Assembly: GCA_964619725.1 (NCBI GenBank)
Contig: CAZUFC010000163.1
Span: 1-16,597, forward strand
Direction: 5' to 3'
Origin: an uncultured bacterium
GTDB taxonomy: Bacteria > CSSED10-310 > CAZUFC01
DNA length: 16,597 nt
In this document: positions 1 through 6,857 of the stretch, one piece after another
Layout of the letters: each line of letters starts with the position of its first letter
How positions within the stretch are numbered: the stretch's first letter is position 1
Notes under the pieces: generated by a model
Told to the model about the DNA's origin: nothing
What the model saw: the letters and a program-made list of their open reading frames with translations, nothing else
Databases searched by the model: none
Program-made: the position numbers and the translations under genes

Positions 1-284
1 GTCTTGAAGAAGTAGAGAAGTTATTTTCGGATTATCGTCGAAGCCGTAGTCGGGGGAGGATAACGACGCATTTGCGGAGGGAGGAATAAGCTTATTGGCG
101 ACCGGAGAACTTCAGGTGTTGATATGGAACGGCATTCCCGATGCTGCCGGGATGTCGTCGGACTGTCGTCGGGTTTACGGCGGAAGGATGTGAAATTCCG
201 CATATTTTTTTCTTATTTATTCAAAAAAAGCTGAACACACGGTTTTAAGCATGTTATATCTTCTCTTTGAGTAAAGGAGCTGCC

Positions 285-773
285 GTGCGTTATTGCGGCC
301 GAGAATTCAAAGAGGAAGAGATTGAATGGTGCAAATCTGAGGTGTCCGGGAATCCCGGAATCACCCGGAAGGAATTGTCCATCCGCTTTTGCGAGGAGTT
401 CGATTGACGCAAACGGGACGGCGGTCTGAAGGACATGAGCTGCCGCGTGGCTCACTTGCGGATGGAGTGGGACTGTCTGATCAAGCTCCCGCACAGCCGC
501 AGAAAACACTTCAAGCGCCGTAAAAATGTTCGTCGGACGTTGTCGGCCGAACAGCGCCCCGAGATTCTGAAAAAAGCGGGCGAGTTCGACCTTGAATTCG
601 AGTTGGTCGGTAAAAGTCATTCGGCCTTATGGAATGAATATATCGACCGATATCATTACCTTGGATTCACCCCGCTCTTCAGATTCATCGAGAGGATGTC
701 CGCAAAAATCCCGAATTATGGGCGCCGTGGAACTTCAGAGAACGCATACGTAACAAAACGGGATGATTCCTAG
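285..773 (+). pseudogene. DUF4338 (Druantia DruA-like, often IS-associated) pseudogene, with an internal stop and a 3' truncation
   Basis: SD AAGGAG, then GTG at 285, reads VRYCGREFKEEEIEW...ITRKELSIRFCEEFD*RKRDGGLKDMSCRVAHLRME...SALWNEYIDRYHYLGFTPL. The motifs YCGR, W-RK-DG-LKDMSCR and LWNEYIDRYHYLG are typical of DUF4338 proteins as I recall them. An in-frame TGA at 405-407 replaces the expected Trp. Similarity ends at about 677. Confidence 0.8.
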
Positions 774-898
774 AAAAGGGGCTCGAATCAGCCGTCCAGC
801 GTACTGATCTTCCGAGTAAATCCCAAACGTTGCGTTTCAGGCGCGACGCATCGAAGCTTCATAACGGTCAGGCGGGAACAGATTCAATATTATCTCCA

Positions 899-988
899 AG
901 AATAAATGCAGCGCCGAATTATGCTTAGATTATAAACATCTCTCTCATTGGATCGAATTCGACAATTCCAATGCATCGCATTTATTCT
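899..988. repeat. 90-bp segment bounded by a perfect 11-bp inverted repeat, with an internal hairpin
   Basis: AGAATAAATGC (899-909) pairs with GCATTTATTCT (978-988). Inside, CATTGGA...TCCAATG encloses the palindrome TCGAATTCGA. Confidence 0.5.
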
Positions 989-1163
989 AATTTATTGCCG
1001 GAAATCCCGATGACCGGCATAGGACTTCTTCAACTGAAAATTGATTCGTGGACTGAGCACGGCTTTCCCTGGAGAAAAAAATCAGCACTGAGCATGCTTA
1101 CCGGAAGAACACGATGCGCCGCGGTTTGATTTTATGGTCGGTTTATGGGTCATGGCTTTTAAA

Positions 1164-1284
1164 CCGTTGGATTCTGATTGAATGCGCTGCGATTCCCCTG
1201 CAGGCGGGACGCCTGCGGTCCCAGTATCTCTCAACGACGAAACCCTTGCATTCAACGGTTGCCGCTCCTTCGACAATCCAACGG
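1164..1284. repeat. REP-like GC-rich hairpin inside nested inverted repeats, just downstream of the Rpn gene
   Basis: The core hairpin is GCAGGCG-GGA-CGCCTGC followed by GGTCCCAG (1200-1224). Outer pairs are CCGTTGGATT 1164-1173 with AATCCAACGG 1275-1284, and TTGAATGC 1178-1185 with GCATTCAA 1248-1255. Confidence 0.6.
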
Positions 1285-1313
1285 AATGCTTTTGATGACA
1301 TAGCCGAATTTAT

Positions 1314-1559
1314 TTATTCAAACATCTCCTCTATTTCGTGCAATGTAGTAATAAAAATTGATTTTTTATGCAAACTTTTGAGAAAAGCGAGGTCATTAAC
1401 CGCGTTTATCTTTTCGATCAGTTGTGAGGGAACCCGACCGAATCTTGCCTCCAATACATCAATAGTGTTTTCTTTGACCATTCCGACGTTTCCCTCTTTT
1501 CTGCCCTCTTCAATTCCCTCTTTTCTGCCCTTTTCCATCAATTGTTCCGCTATGCTCAT
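1314..1559 (-). CDS. Putative in-frame internal small Rpn protein (RpnS-like, 81 aa)
   Basis: In-frame ATG at 1559 (MSIAEQL), preceded by the SD-like sequence AAAGGGGGTG and then AACTT. This position matches the internal start described for Rpn proteins. Confidence 0.6.
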   Translation of the reverse strand: MSIAEQLMEKGRKEGIEEGRKEGNVGMVKENTIDVLEARFGRVPSQLIEKINAVNDLAFLKSLHKKSIFITTLHEIEEMFE

Positions 1560-2309
1560 AAGTTCACCCCCTTTATCGGCGGAGATGTTTTTTTCGACCA
1601 GTTTTTTCAATTCTTCAGGCTGTAAGTCATCCCTTACGCTGAAGATATACTGTATAAAAACTATGAACCAATCTTCCTCAAGCCTGCTTTCCATTGCCGA
1701 TTTCAACAAGCGGAGTATTTTTTTTAGTCGCGGGACGAAATCAGTCCGCTTTATATATTTCAACATCATTATCGCAGCCCTGAGAAGCTCCAGCCCCTTC
1801 AACTCCTCTTCAGTCAAAACGGTAAGGTCATCAAGAATAAACTGAAAATCAGGAACATAAACTTTCAGCTCTTCTTTGGGGCAACTGACATGGCTATGCA
1901 AGTCGGCGCCGTATTTCCATTTCTCGGTTCCGTGATATATCAGGACCGGTATGATTATGGGCAGAGGATCGCCGGGAGACTGCCTCCAATGAAGGTTCCA
2001 TATTTTCAGCATGTAGTTCAGCAATTGAAGAACCGTTTTTTTGTCCGAATAGCTTTTATGTTCAAAAAGAAAATAGACATAGCCGGTTTCGTCACCTATT
2101 CCGACTTCATACAGAAGATCGGAACGGTATTCTCGATTAGCCTTTTCGATAAAGCTGTCTTTTGATATACGGATATCGTCGAGGTTGATTAAATCACGAA
2201 CATTTTCCGGTATGTAGTTTTTCAGAAAATCACGGGCGATTTCTTTACTGCCGAGTATTTCCTTTATGAATTTATCATGCGGGTTGGGGACTTTTTCCAT
2301 AGTATGCAT
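1314..2309 (-). CDS. Rpn family recombination-promoting nuclease / putative transposase (YhgA-like, PD-(D/E)xK fold) with a DUF4351-like C-terminus
   Basis: Motifs PHDKFIK, SFI...SDLLY, YFLFEHKS and LPIIIPVLIYHG...W, then MSIAEQLMEKGRKEG repeats and the tail LEARFGRVP. The true start may be the ATG at 2300. Confidence 0.93.
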   Translation of the reverse strand: MHTMEKVPNPHDKFIKEILGSKEIARDFLKNYIPENVRDLINLDDIRISKDSFIEKANREYRSDLLYEVGIGDETGYVYFLFEHKSYSDKKTVLQLLNYMLKIWNLHWRQSPGDPLPIIIPVLIYHGTEKWKYGADLHSHVSCPKEELKVYVPDFQFILDDLTVLTEEELKGLELLRAAIMMLKYIKRTDFVPRLKKILRLLKSAMESRLEEDWFIVFIQYIFSVRDDLQPEELKKLVEKNISADKGGELMSIAEQLMEKGRKEGIEEGRKEGNVGMVKENTIDVLEARFGRVPSQLIEKINAVNDLAFLKSLHKKSIFITTLHEIEEMFE

Positions 2310-2657
2310 CTTTTCCCTGAATTTCCGTAAAACATTTCAATTTCACGGGAAGTCTTCGCATTTTGTTTCAACGAAGGCTCCCTTTTTTTATTTTAACGTC
2401 GCCGTCTCTCATTTTCAATAAAACAACCGTTAGGATTATACCTCCAGCATATCCTTTTTTCTTTTGCTTTCGACCTTCTGACATCATTCACATTTTTTCC
2501 GATCATGATGACTTTTCATTTGCTTTCGCGACGCAGCTCCGTCAAGAGCAGCCCACTGCAACACCATTAAAACGAAATTGTGGTAATTCAAATTGAAGAA
2601 CATTGTCAGTCCGTCGTCATTGACCATGGTTGGGGTTTGAGTCATAGGCGAAAACAG

Positions 2658-2733
2658 CGCCAGTCCATAAACTCGAGTCCAGATTCAAATTTCGATTCTG
2701 GACCTGCGCGACGGTTTATAATCCAGAAACGAG
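2658..2733 (+). repeat. Copy A of a 76-bp dispersed palindromic element
   Basis: Aligns without gaps to the reverse complement of 16226-16301 at 58/76 identity (counted by hand). It has an internal GTCCAGA/TCTGGAC stem. Confidence 0.8.
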
Positions 2734-2994
2734 CCAGATTTCGCAAAACAAGAAAAGCAAGGATTTATGAATGAGGAGCGCCTGTCCCGCTGAAGGTTTG
2801 TCGGCATAAGCGGATTATTTGACATGCTTTGCCTGAGCGAATCCAAAGCCTGAGGCAGTATTAGGGAAAATCAGCCTTTTATGGAGAGAACAGAATATGA
2901 AGCAGCGCTTGAAGGTAAGGCGATATGGAACCTCGTAACAGGGGGACTGATCAAACCGGAACTTCTTTCAAAACTTTTGACAGTTTGTTTCAGT

Positions 2995-3054
2995 AATCGG
3001 TATCGGAATCGGAATCGGGGTCGGGGTCGGAATCGGAATCGCAATCGCAATCGA
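2995..3054 (+). repeat. Degenerate hexamer tandem repeat (NNTCGN x10)
   Basis: AATCGG TATCGG AATCGG AATCGG GGTCGG GGTCGG AATCGG AATCGC AATCGC AATCGA, followed by AACAAA. Confidence 0.9.
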
Positions 3055-3296
3055 AACAAATAATTACGAGAAGATGTATTTTGTCTTTATGAGATTTTCA
3101 AGGTTTCTGGATTATTCAAGGCTGCCAAAATTGTAACCTCGAAACACGAATACTTGATCAATGCGCGATATTTGAATTTCCGCTGAAAGAAAAACAATAC
3201 ATAATCATCTTATATAAAACAGGGACGGTTTCATGCGCGCAGACCGTCTGATTATTCGAATGGAATTTCCAATTTTCGCTCAAAGGAGGCGTCAAG

Positions 3297-4730
3297 TTGA
3301 AACAAAAGAATACAAAAAGCTCAGGAATAAAGCTGGTAAAGACGATGGATGAAATTTCTTTTGGAAGCGGTGAATATCTGGAGATCCTGCCGCTTGTGGA
3401 TGAATCGCCGGTGAAGTATTTGTCGAACCGGGGCGGCGGCAATTTGTGGGCGGAGTCTGCTAATTTCGTTCATACAATACTAAAATGCCTTGAAGATGAA
3501 AATGAAATATTCAACATTATGCCTGTGACGCTGGAATTCGCACCCACTCTTGAATGTAATCAGCATTGCAATGAATGTCCTTACAGGGTCGCCAAGAGGA
3601 AGGCCGGGTTGTCCAGGGTTCCGGCGGGACAATTTATCGAATCGGAGGATGGTGTGACGACGGCTGATACCGCTACGGCCCGGTGGATACTCGAATCAGC
3701 CGTGCTGGCCGGCGTCAAAGGCGCATTGTGGACCGGCGGCGGCGAACCGACATTGTGGAAACCGCTGCCGGAGATGATCCGTTATGCCGCCGAGCTGGGA
3801 ATGGCCAACGGGCTTTATACCAACGGCATACAGACCGGTTTTTATCCTGCGCTTGCCGAACTGTTTGCAGCGCCCGAAAATAAGATGGATTTCGTCAGGG
3901 TAAGTCTGAATGCCTTATCGCCGCATACCGTGAAAAAATTTTCCGGCATTTCTCCGAAAATGGCTGAAAAGTCCCTGTTAGGATTAAAAGCGCTGCTCCA
4001 GGCGAGAACCAGGTATTTGCCGGAATATTACCTGTTGAACGTGCGTCCGCCGTCCATACAGGTCAGCGTCATAACTGATGAAAGAAACGTTGATGATCTT
4101 CCTCTGATATGCAGCAGAACAGCCGAATTAATGAACGATTATTCAGCGACGTATCACGGCAAAGAGGACAATTTCGTTGTAAGACCATTAACCAGACATT
4201 GCCGAAAAAATTATTCGACGAAAGACCATGAAGACTCGGTAATCAAAAAAATATTGACACACTGCGGAACAAACGGTCAATGCCGTAAAATCATCGAAAA
4301 CGCCGGCATGAAAACAGCCCTGGGTTTCGGATTGGACCTGATAGAACAATGGGTTTATTCAACTTATGAAGACATAATCCGGGCCGAATATAAACGAAGA
4401 GACCTTTGCTGGAGCAACGGTCTGTTCCTGACGGCAGGTCCGGATGCAGGCGTATATTCATGCTGCGACCGGAACTGCTATCCCGCCTGGTCCGTGGGCA
4501 ACCTGAAAAATCAATCAGTGGAAGAAATCTACCGCAGCGAAAAAAGGAAAAAACTGCTGGACAGAATACATAAACATTCCTGCAACCACACCGTATGCGA
4601 AGCCACCTGCCGAACAGGAAGACTCAACGGAATAGCCAGAGCCCTCATGTCCGGAGAACTGACAGACAAGCACATCGAATTCATTCGCAACATATCGTTG
4701 AAGAATCCCGGATGCCTGCTGTTGTCATGA
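3297..4730 (+). CDS. Radical SAM protein with a C-terminal SPASM/twitch auxiliary Fe-S domain
   Basis: SD AAGGAGG before the TTG start. Core motifs CNQHCNEC (CxxxCxxC), TGGGEPTL, YTNG and RVSLNA. The C-terminus has C...GPDAGVYSCC...VGNLKNQSVEEIY...C-x4-C-x3-CR. Confidence 0.92.
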   Translation: MKQKNTKSSGIKLVKTMDEISFGSGEYLEILPLVDESPVKYLSNRGGGNLWAESANFVHTILKCLEDENEIFNIMPVTLEFAPTLECNQHCNECPYRVAKRKAGLSRVPAGQFIESEDGVTTADTATARWILESAVLAGVKGALWTGGGEPTLWKPLPEMIRYAAELGMANGLYTNGIQTGFYPALAELFAAPENKMDFVRVSLNALSPHTVKKFSGISPKMAEKSLLGLKALLQARTRYLPEYYLLNVRPPSIQVSVITDERNVDDLPLICSRTAELMNDYSATYHGKEDNFVVRPLTRHCRKNYSTKDHEDSVIKKILTHCGTNGQCRKIIENAGMKTALGFGLDLIEQWVYSTYEDIIRAEYKRRDLCWSNGLFLTAGPDAGVYSCCDRNCYPAWSVGNLKNQSVEEIYRSEKRKKLLDRIHKHSCNHTVCEATCRTGRLNGIARALMSGELTDKHIEFIRNISLKNPGCLLLS

Positions 4731-4759
4731 GAGGAATCGCGAATAAAATAAAGACTTTA

Positions 4760-5420
4760 TCTCATTTTATAATACTTTTGTGGTGCTGACGCAGAAAAGG
4801 CGGATTTATTGAAGGTCGCAAATGTTCTTCTTCCTTCAGTTGTAACTCATAAGCAGTTTCACCCCCGATTTTATGAACTTTCGCGGCTCCGACTTCCTTT
4901 CATCCGGCTATACCATTGGGAATTAAGGTCTCCAAAATCTTCTCAACGACATCCGGTCAAAAAACCGTGCTTAATATATTTAATCGCCTCTTCAACTTTA
5001 TCTTTCTTTTCAGAATCAGATTTAAAGCATATGTATGGATCATATTTACACCACAAAGGTTACCGGGGGCAACTTTCGTTGAACTCTACTTCACAATAAT
5101 TCTCCCTGATTATTGCAATTTTATCCTGGTCGTAAACCACTTCTTCCGTTAAGAACTCGATAGCTCTGAAAGCGTGCTGATGAAAATTTATTAACATTTC
5201 CGTATCTCCCGGAAGGTCAATGAATTGCACATACTTTTTTCTGCTGTGAGAAAAAACAATGGCAATAAAAGATGCTGATGACGCTCTTCAGGAAATCACA
5301 ATTTTTTGCTTCTCGTCAAGACCCGCCATTACCTGCTTGCCCGGTCTAGTTTCAAAAGACTGGTATTTTCGCTTTTTCGTATTAGTTTTCCGTCATGTTT
5401 GGGACCCTATGAGCGGAATC
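4760..5420 (-). mobile_element. istA: Degenerate IS21-family transposase (IstA) fragment
   Basis: Minus-strand translation through stops gives KRKYQSFETRPGKQVMAGLDE...FIAIVFSHSRKKYVQF...FHQHAF...EEVVYDQDKIAIIREN...PYICFKSDSEKKDKVEEAIKYIKHGFL...KVH...EEEHLRP, which follows the IstA core motif order. In-frame stops lie at 5288-5290, 5060-5062 and 4943-4945, and there is a frameshift near 4895. Boundaries are approximate. Confidence 0.85.
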
Positions 5421-6857
5421 CATGCACAGCATTGACTGCATCGCCACGGCTATATCATCCGGTAAAATGGGGACGACGCCGTCGCCTTGCTGTTCGCTGC
5501 CTATCAGGTAAACGTCGTCGATTCCATCCATGATGATTCCTTTTAACCGGGTAATCGGCAACGGTTGGTCCAATTTCATTTCCCCGCTTTCAAGCGCCTT
5601 TTGTAATCTGCTCAACGATAAAACGATCCGGCGTATTTCCGACGGCTGCTGGTACGCCAGGCATGCATTCCAGTCATCGGCAGTCGCTCCGGCGTTGAAA
5701 AAGGATGCCGCCAGCCCGATTAATGCCGGAACGAAACACATTTTTCCCTGGAAAGCTGATTTAATCACTATCGATAAATCATGGTTCAAGCATCTTATAC
5801 TCGAAAAATATTTCATCTTCTGAACCTCCTTCAACAGCGCCCAAAGCAGCCTCCCTTTCTTTTTCGACGTTTCCGCTTTCGTCAGTTTCTTCACTTCCCC
5901 GAACCACGCCCAAAACGCCCCCGACATCGCCGGCGCCGCCGTCCGGAGGATCGCCGTAATATTTTTTATCTCTTCCGAGTCGATCATTATCCCGATATAC
6001 AATCGATTGAAATGACTCCCGATAACATCCTCTAATGATCTGACAGCAGTTTCTCCTCCTATTTCAAGCCTGTATCGCCGGCTTGTCTCTTTTGGCGCGA
6101 CCATGTCGTTGTGAGGGCGGGAAACTTTGGCGCCGTCCTCCAGCGATTCAATGACTATCGTTTCAAAATTGACCGGACCGTCGTTAATATGGACTGGTCC
6201 ATGAAAATCGCCTTCGCATGTTACAGTAAAAAGCCTGGTGTGTTCCCCCATTTTATTTAAGGTATCTCTCATTGCGCCGGGCGAAAAGGCAAATACGCCG
6301 TCAATCCTCACTCGATCCAGATCATCATCGGGAAGCAAAACTTTTCTGCCCACGGTATTGCCGTAGGAATAATCTATCATAATGACCCTGGAGTCTTCAC
6401 CGAAGGCATCACGGAATGATTTGACCGCTTCAGCAACCTGCCTGTTTGCCCAATCGGACTGACTATCGCCTTTCAGCCAAAAATCCATCGTGCCTACATC
6501 CATGTCTACATTCAATATGGGATGCCTGTTTTGCGGGTCCCATCCTGGTTTGTAATCATCCACAACTTTGGCCCGGGGTTCGATTCTTGTTGCAAGCTTC
6601 ATAAGATTCTCACCGTTGGAATTTAATCCCGGCACGGTGATTATGAGAACGGGCGGCTCTTCCTGCATGCGTCTCCGCCGTTCTTCTTCCTGTTGCCGCC
6701 TTCGCCGCTGTTCCTCTTCAAGACGACGCAGATATTCCCATTGCCGCCATTCATCGTCCCACGCTTCTGCCGTTAACCACCAGTTGCTTAACAGCAACAA
6801 ACCTGTGACTATCAATAATACTGTTTGCTTGAAGTATTTGCTTTTTTCATGTTTCAC
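5382..6857 (-). CDS. Exported protein: signal peptide, charged helix, alpha/beta-hydrolase-like domain and the start of a DUF1598-like region; probably 3'-truncated
   Basis: SD AGGAGG before the GTG start, which overlaps the upstream gene by 11 nt. The signal peptide ends in AEA. ITVPGLNS and IMIDYSYG resemble the oxyanion loop and nucleophile elbow. The last ~15 codons run into istA-like sequence. Confidence 0.7.
   Translation of the reverse strand: MKHEKSKYFKQTVLLIVTGLLLLSNWWLTAEAWDDEWRQWEYLRRLEEEQRRRRQQEEERRRRMQEEPPVLIITVPGLNSNGENLMKLATRIEPRAKVVDDYKPGWDPQNRHPILNVDMDVGTMDFWLKGDSQSDWANRQVAEAVKSFRDAFGEDSRVIMIDYSYGNTVGRKVLLPDDDLDRVRIDGVFAFSPGAMRDTLNKMGEHTRLFTVTCEGDFHGPVHINDGPVNFETIVIESLEDGAKVSRPHNDMVAPKETSRRYRLEIGGETAVRSLEDVIGSHFNRLYIGIMIDSEEIKNITAILRTAAPAMSGAFWAWFGEVKKLTKAETSKKKGRLLWALLKEVQKMKYFSSIRCLNHDLSIVIKSAFQGKMCFVPALIGLAASFFNAGATADDWNACLAYQQPSEIRRIVLSLSRLQKALESGEMKLDQPLPITRLKGIIMDGIDDVYLIGSEQQGDGVVPILPDDIAVAMQSMLCMDSAHRVPNMTEN

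Noticed and set aside
3-89. Possible 3' end of an upstream plus-strand gene (LEEVEKLFSDY...REE*)
   Set aside because: Only 28 codons are visible at the window edge, which is too little to support a call.
405-407. TGA read as Trp (alternative genetic code)
   Set aside because: Intact genes here use TGG for Trp and TGA as a stop (for example at 4728-4730). The gene is also truncated, so decay is the simpler explanation.
1114-1845. 243-aa plus-strand ORF, and the other antisense ORFs over the large genes (for example 6568-7032, 7111-7566, 13828-14322)
   Set aside because: These are shadow frames opposite well-supported genes and have no recognisable motifs.
2881-3063. 60-aa ORF with an RNRNRG tail as a RiPP precursor for the radical SAM enzyme
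   Set aside because: The tail is simply the translation of the hexamer array, which recurs at 16333 in a non-coding context. The SD is poor and no RiPP transport or protease genes are nearby.
3297-4730. Prokaryotic viperin
   Set aside because: The protein is longer than a viperin and has a Cys-rich SPASM/twitch C-terminus, which viperins lack.
4809-5152. Plus-strand 96-aa and 78-aa ORFs
   Set aside because: They lie antisense to the istA remnant, which explains the region.
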